A stretch of 64,000 nucleotides of DNA from assembly GCA_963832655.1 (NCBI GenBank), contig CAWHUW010000009.1, positions 89,675 through 153,674 of the forward strand, given 5' to 3'. Below are positions 10,484 through 20,388 of the stretch, in pieces (the stretch's first letter is position 1; each line of letters starts with the position of its first letter). The DNA comes from an uncultured Thermoleophilia bacterium (GTDB taxonomy: Bacteria > Actinomycetota > Thermoleophilia > UBA2241). The position numbers were made by a program, and so were the translations under genes. A model generated the notes under the pieces. The model made no database searches. It saw only the letters and a program-made list of their open reading frames with translations, and was not told the DNA's origin.

Positions 10484-11248
10484 TCAGTCGGTGAGCTGCG
10501 TGGCGCGCCGCGCCTCGAAGAGGGCGAGGCCACCGGTGAGCGTGGCGAAGCCGAGCGTCACGGCGAGGCCGAGCAGCAGGGGCTTCGCCTCCCAGCCGCC
10601 GTTGAGCAGCGCGCGCATCGCCTCGAACACGTAGGTCGTCGGGTTGATCGTCGCCGCGACCTTGAGCCACTCGGCCTGGATGTATTCCTTGGGCACGAAC
10701 GTCGTGCTCAGGAAGATGAGCGGGAAGAAGGCGAAGGTCGCCGCCTCGGTGGCGGCCGAGTTCTTGGTGCGCAGCGCCATGAACGAGGCGTAGCCCGCGA
10801 AGCCCATGCCCCAGAGGAAGGCGTAGCCGACGACGGCGAGCAGGCCAGGCGCCCCCGTCGCCGGCTTGAGGCCGAGCACCAGGCCGAGGGCGATGATGAG
10901 GACGACCTGGACCATCAGAAGGACGGCGCTCGCGACCATCGGTCCCCAGATGATCGCCAGGCGCGAGGCCGGCGTGAGGAGGACCTTGGTGAAGAACCCG
11001 CTCTCGAGGTCGCGGATGATGGCCTGGCCGGAGAGCCCGGCGCCGCTGACGGCGCCCGACACGATGGCCACGGGCAGGATGAAGCCGAGGTACGAGCCCT
11101 TGAACCCCGGCAGGTCCCCTACCGACGAGAGGCCGGCGTCGTAGACGAAGAGGAAGAAGACGCTGATCGCGATGCTGGGGATGATCGCCGCCGGCACGCG
11201 GATCGCGTTGCGCAGCGAGCGGCCGACCAGGAGGAGGACGTCGGTCAC
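10484..11248 (-). CDS. ABC-2 exporter permease
   Basis: Six TM segments with 'RDLESGFF.K.LLTP' and 'INPTTY' motifs. Confidence 0.9.
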   Translation of the reverse strand: MTDVLLLVGRSLRNAIRVPAAIIPSIAISVFFLFVYDAGLSSVGDLPGFKGSYLGFILPVAIVSGAVSGAGLSGQAIIRDLESGFFTKVLLTPASRLAIIWGPMVASAVLLMVQVVLIIALGLVLGLKPATGAPGLLAVVGYAFLWGMGFAGYASFMALRTKNSAATEAATFAFFPLIFLSTTFVPKEYIQAEWLKVAATINPTTYVFEAMRALLNGGWEAKPLLLGLAVTLGFATLTGGLALFEARRATQLTD

Positions 11249-12306
11249 GGTGTCGCCTCCTTCTGCGGGACAGGCGCATCAGGGTCGACGGGCTCGTCGC
11301 GTCCGTCGCCCTCGGCCTCCTTCATCGTCTCGCCCGTCGCGCGCAGGAACACGTCGTCGAGGGTGGCCTGCGAGAGCGTGAGGCCGGCCGGCGGGAGTGC
11401 GGCGGCGTCGAGCCGCCGCACCAGCTCCGGCACGACCTCGGCGGCGCGGGGCACGTACAGGCGGAGCTCGCTCCCGGCCAGCTTCCGCTGGTCGGCGAGC
11501 GGAGCAAGCACGGCGTCCGCCCGCGCCGCCGCATCCCCGTCGGCGAACTCGATCTCGACGACCTCGTCGCCGACCGAGCGCTTGAGGTCTGACGGCGCTC
11601 CCTGGGCGACGATGCGTCCGCGGTTGATGATCGCCACCTCGTCGGCCAGGCGATCCGCCTCCTCGAGGTACTGCGTGGTGAGGAAGATCGTCATGCCGAG
11701 CTCCTGGTTCAGGCGACGGACTTCCTCCCACACCGCCATGCGGCTCGCGGGGTCGAGGCCCGTCGTCGGCTCGTCCAGAAAGAGGATGCGCGGGTCGTGG
11801 ACCAGCGCCAGGGCGAGGTCGAGACGGCGCTTCATGCCACCCGAGTAGGCTCCGACCCGCTTCTTGGGGTCGACGTCGTCGAGCCCGACCGTGCGCAGGA
11901 GCCTCTCGGTCGTCTCCTGCGCCTCGGCGCCGGAGGCCCCGAAGAGGCGCGCCTGCAGCATGAGCATCTCGCGCGCCGTCATCAGCTGGTCGAGGCCGAC
12001 CTCCTGGAGGGCGACGCCGATCACGGCCCGGACGTCGCCGCCCTGCCGGGCGACGTCGAAGCCGGCCACGGTCGCCGTCCCGGCGGTCGGCCGGAGGATC
12101 GTGACGAGCATCTTGACGAGCGTCGACTTGCCGGCGCCGTTCGGGCCGAGAAAGCCGAAGATCTGGCCCGACGGCACCGAGAGGTCGGCACCGTCGACGG
12201 CGCGCAGCTTGCCGAAGTCGCGGGTGAGCCCCGCCACCTCGATGCTGCCGTCGCGCGCGGCGGCGGTTCGTCCGCCTCGCGTGACGGCCGTCGCTGTGTC
12301 TGTCAC
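11245..12306 (-). CDS. ABC-2 exporter ATP-binding subunit (DrrA-like)
   Basis: GPNGAGKST, YSGGMKRRL, LFLDEPTTGLDP. GTG 12306 follows GAGGA. Confidence 0.92.
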   Translation of the reverse strand: MTDTATAVTRGGRTAAARDGSIEVAGLTRDFGKLRAVDGADLSVPSGQIFGFLGPNGAGKSTLVKMLVTILRPTAGTATVAGFDVARQGGDVRAVIGVALQEVGLDQLMTAREMLMLQARLFGASGAEAQETTERLLRTVGLDDVDPKKRVGAYSGGMKRRLDLALALVHDPRILFLDEPTTGLDPASRMAVWEEVRRLNQELGMTIFLTTQYLEEADRLADEVAIINRGRIVAQGAPSDLKRSVGDEVVEIEFADGDAAARADAVLAPLADQRKLAGSELRLYVPRAAEVVPELVRRLDAAALPPAGLTLSQATLDDVFLRATGETMKEAEGDGRDEPVDPDAPVPQKEATP

Positions 12307-12446
12307 GTCGTCCTCACCGTCATTCGGGTTCCCGGGCTGCCCGGACAAGTTCCCCCGGGAGGACCGGTCCTAACCGGGTGACGCGTGCAGTCTCGGCACC
12401 GATGGTCGCGGGTAGAACACCCCCGAGCGACGTGGGGGTGAGGGTC

Positions 12447-13815
12447 ATGCCGGTCTTCGAGAAGCGCAGCACCATGCCCGTCCCGGTCGGACGAGCTGTA
12501 CGCCTGGCACGCGCGTGCAGGCGCCTTCGAGCGCCTCGCGCCGCCCTGGCAGCGTCTCCATGTGGCCGAGCGCAGGGGCACGATCGACAACGGCGATCGA
12601 CTGGTCATGGAGTACGGTCTCGGGCCCGTGAGGCGGCGCTGGGTCGCCGTGCACAGGGACCACGTCGAGGGCCGTGGGTTCACCGACGTCCAGGAGGAAG
12701 GGCCGTTCGCGCGCTGGCGGCACGAGCACCGGTTCGCGGCGGACGGTGACGCGAGCAGCGTGCTCGAGGACCGTGTCGAGTACGAGCTGCCGGGGCCCGC
12801 GGTGGTGCGGAGGGCGGCGGCCGGCGCAGCCGACCGCCGCCTGCAGCGGCTCTTCGAGTTCCGCCACGCGCGGACGCGCGACGATCTCGAGCGCCATGCC
12901 GCGAATCGCGAGATGCCGCGGCTACGCGTGGCGATCACCGGCGGCAGCGGGTTCGTCGGCGGTTCTCTGTCGGCCTTCCTGACCACGGGCGGACACGAGG
13001 TCGTTCGCCTGACGCGTCGCCGCGACCCCGGCGCGGGCTGGGCCCATTGGGACCCGTCGGCCGGGGCGATCGACGCCGCGGCGCTCGAGGGCGTCGACGC
13101 CGTGGTGCACCTCGCGGGGACGACGATCGCAGGTCTCTGGACGCCGCGTCGACGGCGCGGGATCCTGGAGAGCCGGCGGCAGGGCACGGAGCTCATCGCG
13201 AGCACCGCCGCCGGGCTCGAGCGACCGCCGAAGGTCATCGTCTCGGCCTCGGCGGTCGGCTTGTACGGCAGCCGTGGAGAAGAGGAGCTGACAGAGGAAA
13301 GCGGCCCGGGCGACGGGTTTCTCGCTGACGTCTGCCGGGTCTGGGAGGACTCGCTGGCGCCGGCGCGCGAGGCAGGCATCCGCGTCGTGTCGACACGCTT
13401 CGGGCTCGTGCTCGGCGGTGCCGGCGGCCTGCTCGCCGCCATGCTGCCGGCGTTCAAGCTGGCGGCCGGCGCCCGTTTCGGCTCCGGCGACCAATGGATG
13501 AGCTGGGTGGCCATCGACGACGTCCTCGGCGCCGTCCTTCACGTCCTGAAGGACGACACCGTCGAGGGACCGGTCAACGTGACGGCACCCGCGCCCGTCA
13601 CCAACCGTGAGTTCACGAAGACCCTGGCCCGCGTCCTCCATCGGCCGGCGCTGCTCGCCGCGCCGCGTGCGGTCCTCGAGAGGGGCCTCGGCGAGATGGG
13701 AGAGGATCTGCTGCTCACGAGCCAGCGGGTCCGGCCGGTCCGCCTCACGGCGGCCGGCTTCGCCTGGCTCTTCCCCGACCTCGAGGCGGCGCTGCGCTTC
13801 GAGCTCGGGCGCTGA
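12447..13815 (+). CDS. TIGR01777-type NAD-dependent epimerase with N-terminal SRPBCC domain (frameshift near 12490)
   Basis: N-domain 'LYAWHAR.GAFERLAPPW' and 'QEEGPFARWRHEHRF'; Rossmann 'ITGGSGFVG'; 'GSGDQWMSWV'. Confidence 0.85.
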
Positions 13816-13855
13816 GGTCAGCTCGACAGCGCCGACTGCCCCGGTCGCGTGCGAG

Positions 13856-14494
13856 TCAGCCCGACAGGGCGACGGCGTGCTGCACGTTCAGGTCGGTCTC
13901 GAGTTGGTCGAGGACGTAGGAGGCGACGTCGGTGCGGGAGATGGGGCGCGCGTCCGGGAGCGCGTGGCCGGGGCCGGCCCGGTAGGACCGGGTGGCCGGC
14001 CCGTCCGTGAGGCGCGACGGCCGCACTAGGGTCCAGTCGAGCTCGCTCTGGCGAACCGTGACCTCCATCCGCCTCACATCGGCGGGGTCGACGCGCTCGA
14101 TCTGCGGGCGGGTCCGGAAGATCCGCGACAGGAACGAGCGTGGTGTCTCGTCCTCGTCCGGCGCTACTCCGGCGGCCGAGAGGACGATGAGGCGTCGCAG
14201 GCGGTACTTCTGCATCACGCGGACGACGCGCAGGGCGCCGTCGGCCGTGATGGCCGCGGACTCGCCGGGCCCCGGGCCGACGGCGTAGACGACCGCCTCC
14301 TGGCCGGACACCGCCTCGGCGACCATGACGCGGTCGACGACGTCGCCGCGCACGACGCGGGCGCAGCGGGCCGCGAGGTCGCCGAGGTCCTCCGGCGTGC
14401 GTGCGAAGGCGGTCACCTCGTGACCGCGCTCGAGAGCGCCGGCGACGAGAAGTTGCCCGGTGCGGCCGTTTGCTCCGAAGATGACGAGCTTCAC
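13856..14494 (-). CDS. NAD(P)H-binding oxidoreductase (flavin reductase/BVR-B-like)
   Basis: 'IFGANGRTG', 'LDWTLVRP', 'ISRTDVA'. Extended -10 TGGTAGCAT 7 nt before GTG (leaderless). Confidence 0.88.
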   Translation of the reverse strand: MKLVIFGANGRTGQLLVAGALERGHEVTAFARTPEDLGDLAARCARVVRGDVVDRVMVAEAVSGQEAVVYAVGPGPGESAAITADGALRVVRVMQKYRLRRLIVLSAAGVAPDEDETPRSFLSRIFRTRPQIERVDPADVRRMEVTVRQSELDWTLVRPSRLTDGPATRSYRAGPGHALPDARPISRTDVASYVLDQLETDLNVQHAVALSG

Positions 14495-14556
14495 GCTGCG
14501 GATGCTACCATCGGCGCCGGCGCGGAGAGGCTGGGAGCGGACGCGGAGGGAAGCAG

Positions 14557-15285
14557 ATGGACGACGATGCGGGACCCGTGCCGGCACGGCGCGCGGCGAC
14601 GGTCGAGCTGGCCGGCAAGACGGTGCTCGTGACAGGGGCGAGCCTCGGCATCGGCCGCGAGATCGCCTTCGGCTTCGCGGCCGAGCGCAGCCGGCTCGCC
14701 CTCACGTACCTCGAGCACGAGGCCGAAGCCCGCGCCGTCGCCGACCGCTGCCGCGAGTTGGGCGCTCCGGAGGTCACGCTGCACCGGCTGGACCTCGGCG
14801 ACGAGCCGAGCATCCGCTCCTGCGTCGCCGAGCTCCTCGAGACAGTGGGCGGCCTCGACATCCTCGTCAACAATGCCGGCGTCGTCGTCTGGCGTCCCTT
14901 CCTCGAGCAGACGTTCGAAGAGATCGACCTGCAGGTCCGCGTGAACCTCCTGGGGACCATGGAGCTGACCTGGCTTATGCTCCCGCACGTGTGCGACGCC
15001 GTCATCGTCATCGCCAGCACGGCGTCGCTGCACGGGACCGCGACGCTGGGCCCGTACGGGGCAAGCAAGTGGGGCATCCGGGGCTTCGTCAAAGCGCTGG
15101 CCAAAGAGCATCGCGACAAGCGCATCGTCGCCGTCCATCCCACGGTGACCGCCACCCGCATGAACGACTTCCGCGGCATGGCGCCGGAGAAGGTCGCCGA
15201 GGTCGTGCTGATGGTCGCCCGCGGCCAGCTCGAACTGGAGCCGGGGGCCGACGTCGACGTGCGCGAGCTGGTGAGCGATCCCTGA
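14557..15285 (+). CDS. Short-chain dehydrogenase/reductase
   Basis: TGASLGIG, NNAG and YGASK motifs. Confidence 0.9.
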   Translation: MDDDAGPVPARRAATVELAGKTVLVTGASLGIGREIAFGFAAERSRLALTYLEHEAEARAVADRCRELGAPEVTLHRLDLGDEPSIRSCVAELLETVGGLDILVNNAGVVVWRPFLEQTFEEIDLQVRVNLLGTMELTWLMLPHVCDAVIVIASTASLHGTATLGPYGASKWGIRGFVKALAKEHRDKRIVAVHPTVTATRMNDFRGMAPEKVAEVVLMVARGQLELEPGADVDVRELVSDP

Positions 15286-15292
15286 ATGGGAC

Positions 15293-15322
15293 GGCCCCGG
15301 CCGGCTGACGCCGGCCGGGGCC
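15293..15322. terminator. GC-rich hairpin between convergent genes
   Basis: GGCCCCGGCCGGC-tgac-GCCGGCCGGGGCC perfect inverted repeat. Confidence 0.6.
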
Positions 15323-15356
15323 CGGAGCGGGCGATGACGCCCTGGGGGGAGCTTGT

Positions 15357-17696
15357 TCAGCGCGCGGCGGGCGAGCCTCCGGGAGCCGTGCGCGGGAAGG
15401 GCCGACGGACCTTCGGGGGAGCGACCGGCTCCTTGGCCCGCGGCGCGGGAGCGGGCGTGTCGCCCGCCGGCACGCGCTCGTCCACGCGGCCTTCGATGCT
15501 CACATTGGGCAACCACTCGAGCCAGCGGGGCAGGTACCAGTTCCAGTCGCCGAGCAGCTCCATGGCGGCCGGCACGACGATGCTGCGCACCACGGTGGCG
15601 TCGATCAGGATCGCGACCGCGAGGCCGAAGCCCATCTGCTGGAACACGACGAGCTCGCCGGTCGCCATGCCGCCGAACACGCAGACCATGATGGCGGCGG
15701 CGCCGGTGATGATGCTCCCGGTGCGGCCCAGGCCGTAGCCGACCGCCTCGCGCGTGTCGCCGCTCTGGTCGAAGCGCTCCTTGATGCGGCTGAGCAGGAA
15801 GACCTGGTAGTCCATGGAGAGGCCGAAGAGCAGGGCGAACAGCATGAGCGGCACCCAGGCCTCGATGCTCTCCACCTGCGTGAGGCCCAGAAGGCTGGCG
15901 CCGACTCCCTTCTGGAAGACCAGCACCAGCAGGCCGTATGAGGCGCCCACGCTGAGCAGGTTCATGAGGATCGCCTGCGCCGGGATGACGATCGAGCGGA
16001 AGGCCACCAGCAGGAGCACGAAGCTGAGCGAGAGGACCACCACCAGCACGATCGGCAGCCAGGTGTCGAAGAAGCCGAGGTAGTCGACCACTCCCGCCGT
16101 GGTGCCGGTGACGTACACCTGGGCGGGGCTGCCGGCGAAGGCCGCGGGGATCATGTCGTTGCGCAGGTGCTGCACGAGCGCCTGCGTGGAGTCGGCCACG
16201 GGGTCGCCGGCCAGCGCGGTGGTCAGCAGCGTCAGGTCGCCGGCCTCGTTGACGGCGGCCTGCACGGGTGCGAAGCGGCCATCCTCCTTCATCGCCCGCT
16301 TCAGCGAAGCGATGCCCTGCTCGACCGCGCTTGCGCTCGCGGGGCCGTCGACGACGATCTGCAGCGGGTTGGCCTGGCCGAGGGAGAAGTCACGGTCGAG
16401 CATGTCCCAGCCCTGCTTGGCGTAGTGGCCGTCGGGCACAAGGCCGGCGTCCTGGGTGGGGCTGCCCGTGTTCATCACCAGGACCGGAGCGGCGATCGCC
16501 AGCAGCGCCACGACGGCGACGCTGAGCCAGACGACGGGGCGGCGCATGATGCTGTGCGCGAGGCGCTCCCAGACGCCCTCGTGTCCGCTGGCGCGCCTGG
16601 AGGCGGCACGCCCGAGGAAGGGGACGCGCAGGGCGTTGATGCGGTCACCCAGCACGCTCATGACGGCGGGCAGGGCGATGAGGGCGGTGAGCAGCGTGGT
16701 GAAGACGACGAGCATGACGCCGATGCCCATGCCGATCATGATGTCGATGGGCACGATGACCATGCCGATCATGGCCAGGACGACGGTCATGCCACTGAAG
16801 AAGATGGCGCGGTTGGCGGTGGCGCCGGTGGCGGCGATGGCCTCGATCTTCTCGAGGCCGCTGGCGCGCTCCTCGCGGTAGCGGGAGATCACGAACAGGG
16901 TGTAGTCGATGCCGACCGCGAGGCCCATCATGGTGAGGATGTTCATCACGAAGATGTTCGTCGGGTAGATCTGGCCGATGAGGGCGGTGAGGGCCATCGC
17001 CAGGATGATGCTGATGATGCTGAGCACCAGCGGCATGGTCGCGGCGAGCACGGCGCCGAAGACGACAACGAGCACGATGAGGGCGGCGGGGACGCCGAAG
17101 ATCTCGCCGCGCTGCAGGTCGTTCTCGGCGAGCGTCGTGAACATCTCGTTGAGGCTGGCCTCGCCGGTCTGCGCGACGGTGAACCCCTGACCCTGCGCTG
17201 CGACGACGGTCTCATGGAGCTTGTCCACGTTCTTGAGCGCGTCGTCCACGGTGCCCGCCATGACCACGGGGATGAGCGTGGCGTGCTTGTCCTTGGAGAC
17301 GAGGCCGGGATCGTTGGTGGCGTAGTAGGTGGAGGTGGCTTGAACGACATCGGTGCCGAGGGCGTCGATCTTGCTGGTGACGTCCTGCACGTAGGACTTG
17401 AAGGCGGCATCGTTCACGGTGAGGTCCGTCGACCTGACGATGACGAAGTCGGTGACCTTGTGCGGGCCGCTGAGGCGCTCCTCGATGAGGCGGTCGGCGG
17501 TGACGCTGCCGGGCTCGCCGGCGCGGAACTTGCTCTCCGAGGTCAGCCCGCTGCCGAGCAGTGAGCCGACGGCGAGGACGGCCAGGACGATCAGCGCCGC
17601 CCAGACGGCGATGGTGCGCCACGGGTGCAGCGCGCTCGTGCGCGCCAGGCGCTCGGTGAATCCTGCGGCGGTCTTCGGTGAGGTCCTGCGTGACAT
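15357..17696 (-). CDS. MMPL/RND family transporter
   Basis: 'GLAVGIDYTLF' and 'FGLSMDYQVFLLSRIKE'; ATG 17696 follows GGGGAGA. Confidence 0.93.
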   Translation of the reverse strand: MSRRTSPKTAAGFTERLARTSALHPWRTIAVWAALIVLAVLAVGSLLGSGLTSESKFRAGEPGSVTADRLIEERLSGPHKVTDFVIVRSTDLTVNDAAFKSYVQDVTSKIDALGTDVVQATSTYYATNDPGLVSKDKHATLIPVVMAGTVDDALKNVDKLHETVVAAQGQGFTVAQTGEASLNEMFTTLAENDLQRGEIFGVPAALIVLVVVFGAVLAATMPLVLSIISIILAMALTALIGQIYPTNIFVMNILTMMGLAVGIDYTLFVISRYREERASGLEKIEAIAATGATANRAIFFSGMTVVLAMIGMVIVPIDIMIGMGIGVMLVVFTTLLTALIALPAVMSVLGDRINALRVPFLGRAASRRASGHEGVWERLAHSIMRRPVVWLSVAVVALLAIAAPVLVMNTGSPTQDAGLVPDGHYAKQGWDMLDRDFSLGQANPLQIVVDGPASASAVEQGIASLKRAMKEDGRFAPVQAAVNEAGDLTLLTTALAGDPVADSTQALVQHLRNDMIPAAFAGSPAQVYVTGTTAGVVDYLGFFDTWLPIVLVVVLSLSFVLLLVAFRSIVIPAQAILMNLLSVGASYGLLVLVFQKGVGASLLGLTQVESIEAWVPLMLFALLFGLSMDYQVFLLSRIKERFDQSGDTREAVGYGLGRTGSIITGAAAIMVCVFGGMATGELVVFQQMGFGLAVAILIDATVVRSIVVPAAMELLGDWNWYLPRWLEWLPNVSIEGRVDERVPAGDTPAPAPRAKEPVAPPKVRRPFPRTAPGGSPAAR

Positions 17697-17851
17697 CGTT
17701 CTCTCCCCCTTGATCTGGTTGCTCTTGGCTGGGTCCAAGGCTATGGCGGGGGGTCTGAGCGGTCGTCGCCCGGCGGAGAGAAATCGGTCCCCTCCTGTGG
17801 GAGGAATCTGGCCGGCAGCGTGCCCTCCCGCCGGGGGACACGGTGTCCTCC

Positions 17852-18520
17852 TCAGGGGTACGCGGAGATGGGGCGAAGGCGTCGCGCCGCGGCGGTGACG
17901 GCGGCGGTCGTCAGTCGGACGAGCTGCCCGCCGTCGTCCTCGATCGCCTCGGCGAACGCACCTGCGACGACCGCCGCACCGGCCTCCGAGAGGTGGACGC
18001 CGTCGATGGTGAAGCGGACCGGCGCGCCCGCCCTCTCGCGGGCGCGGGCGAAGGCCGGCGCAAGGTCAAGCAGTGACGCCCGGGTCTCGACCGCCACGGC
18101 CGCGGCGACGAGCTCCGCGATGTCCGCGACCCGCCGGCCCCAGGCCTCGTCCAGCTCGTCCGCGATCACCGGCGGGACGCACACTGCGCTTGGTGCCCGC
18201 TCGAGCGTCAGCGCGAGAAGGCGGGCGTAGACGGCGGCGATCCGGTCGAGGGTGCCGCGCCAGGAGATGGGTTCGAACGCCTCGTATGCCCACGAGGTCC
18301 ACTCGCCCATCGCGGCATCGTTCGTGCCGATCCAGATCACGGCGAGATCCACGGGCTCGAGCGCGACGTGCTGCAGGCGAGCGTAGAGGTCGACGACCGA
18401 GTCGCCGGCGCGTCCGTGGTTGAGCAGCTCATGGCCGGGGAGCAGCGGGCGCAGCAGCCGCAGGTACGAGGCGCCGGGAGAGCCTTCGGTCAGACTGTCG
18501 CCGAGAAAGGCGATGCGCAC
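17852..18520 (-). CDS. SGNH/GDSL hydrolase
   Basis: GDSLT block I, GTND block III, DGVH block V. Confidence 0.88.
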   Translation of the reverse strand: MRIAFLGDSLTEGSPGASYLRLLRPLLPGHELLNHGRAGDSVVDLYARLQHVALEPVDLAVIWIGTNDAAMGEWTSWAYEAFEPISWRGTLDRIAAVYARLLALTLERAPSAVCVPPVIADELDEAWGRRVADIAELVAAAVAVETRASLLDLAPAFARARERAGAPVRFTIDGVHLSEAGAAVVAGAFAEAIEDDGGQLVRLTTAAVTAAARRLRPISAYP

Positions 18521-18926
18521 GCGTCGCTCCTGGTCGCCTGCTTCCTGTACCGGATTATCGCGCAGGAAGGGCGGCGACGGGACACTGACGACATGGCCGA
18601 CGAGGCGGAGCGAAGGCGGCGGGGAGATGCCGGCGGCCGGGGCCCGACGGGCGCGACGCTTGGGCGGCGACGTTCTGCCCGCCGCCCAGGTCGCGCCTCC
18701 CGGCCCCGGCCGATCGTTCCGGCTCATCGCGCCATCGCGTCCGTGGAGGCGATGGTCGCGGCGACGCATCGGCGTCGCCTCTGGGTCTCTCTTCGTATCG
18801 GCGGCCGGAGTGCTGCGCACAAGTTTCGCGGCGTCGCCGCCGGCAAACGGCGTCGCCCGGCGTGGAGACGAACTTCGCGGCCGGCGGGCGATGGGCTACA
18901 GTAGCCGCGTCGTCGGAGGAGGCGCC

Positions 18927-19535
18927 GTGAACGGACGAAGCCGGGAGTTCTTCAGCGCGCGGACCATGCGCCTGCTCGACGTCCTGCTCGTCGCCTACAT
19001 CGTCGTGTGGGCGGTCCTCGGGGTCCTCATCGCCATCGACATCCGCGCGCAGGCGGAACTGAGCGACCAGGTCACGCGCGTCGGCGGTGCGCTCACCGAC
19101 ATCGGTGAGAGCCTCGACATCGTCGCCGGGGTGCCGCTGGTCGGCGTGGGCATCGGCGAACTCGCCGACCGCGTCCTGGACGCCGGCGAGAGCGTGCAGA
19201 GCAGCGGCCGCGACAGCCGCTCGGCACTGGAGCAGATGGGGGTCCTCGTCGGCCTCGCCTTCATCGCCGTGCCGCTGATGCTGGTGCTGCCGGTCTACGT
19301 GCCTCTTCGTCTCGCGTGGCGCCGGGAGGTCCGGGCAGTCGCCGGCGCGCTCGCCGGCGGGACCCCGGACCTCGACCGCCTTCTCGCGCGACGCGCTTTG
19401 GCGTCGATGCCGTACGAGCGGCTCCTCGCGTTCGGCGACGATCCGTGGGCGCGCCTCGAGCGCGGCGAGGTCAGCGACCTTGCCGACGCCGAGCTGGCGC
19501 GCCTCGGCCTGCGGCGGCCTCCGGGCCGTCAGTAG
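18927..19535 (+). CDS. Hypothetical membrane protein
   Basis: RBS GGAGGAGG before GTG; two TM segments; 'LARRAL...ADAELARLGL' tail. Confidence 0.75.
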   Translation: MNGRSREFFSARTMRLLDVLLVAYIVVWAVLGVLIAIDIRAQAELSDQVTRVGGALTDIGESLDIVAGVPLVGVGIGELADRVLDAGESVQSSGRDSRSALEQMGVLVGLAFIAVPLMLVLPVYVPLRLAWRREVRAVAGALAGGTPDLDRLLARRALASMPYERLLAFGDDPWARLERGEVSDLADAELARLGLRRPPGRQ

Positions 19536-20161
19536 GCGAGCGCCACGTCGCGTCCGATCCAGTCGCCGCGCTCGAGCTCCTTGAGCATGAAGTCGGCGAC
19601 GTCGGCGCGTGAGATCGCGAGCGTGCCCGGCAGGCTGTCGCCGGGCTCTGCCCTGTATCGGCCAAGCGCGGGACCATTGGTGAGGCGGGCGACGTGCACG
19701 AGGGTCCAGTCCAGCCCGCTGCCGGTCACCTGGGATTCCATGGCGCGAAGCTCTCTCCAGACGCCCCCAAGGAAGACCGGCCGCATGACCCGGGTGAACA
19801 GCGGCGACAGGTTCGCATCGTTGTCGTCGTGCGTGCCGATGGCCGAGATGCAGATGAGGCGCCGCGCCGCGTGCGAGTGCATCGCCGTGATCACGTTGGC
19901 GATGCCGCGTGAGTGGACCTTGCCCGGCGCGAACGCGAACCGGGCGCCGACCGTCACGGCGACCGCCTCGTTGCCGATCACGGCGGCGTCGACCTGGGCC
20001 GCGTCAAGGAGGTCGCAGGGGACGATGCGCGGAATGCGGCTCCGCGCGCGGACGTCCTCTGGGCGCCGTGCCGCGGCGGTGACCTCGTGACCGCGGGCGA
20101 TGCCGCCCGATACTAGTTTGCGACCGACGCGACCGGTGGCCCCGAAGACCACGATCTTCAC
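19529..20161 (-). CDS. NAD(P)H-binding oxidoreductase (BVR-B-like), paralog of 13856-14494
   Basis: 'VFGATGRVG', 'SGLDWTLV', 'ISRADVADF'. Confidence 0.88.
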   Translation of the reverse strand: MKIVVFGATGRVGRKLVSGGIARGHEVTAAARRPEDVRARSRIPRIVPCDLLDAAQVDAAVIGNEAVAVTVGARFAFAPGKVHSRGIANVITAMHSHAARRLICISAIGTHDDNDANLSPLFTRVMRPVFLGGVWRELRAMESQVTGSGLDWTLVHVARLTNGPALGRYRAEPGDSLPGTLAISRADVADFMLKELERGDWIGRDVALAY

Positions 20162-20388
20162 GGGGTGCCCCTCATCTCGTACCTCCGGGCCACCTGCGGC
20201 CCTCACGACGGATCCTGCGAGGCGGCGGCATGCGCCTCGTCCCGAGCTCCCTCACCTTCACTTTCAGTCTACCTTCGGGGTCGAGATCAGGACCGGAGCC
20301 CGACGGATGTACTAGCCGCGTCCACACTCGGCTCCCAGGCCGGGCGATGGTAGAGTCCGGACAAGCACCGCCGTCCCGAGGAGGGGTC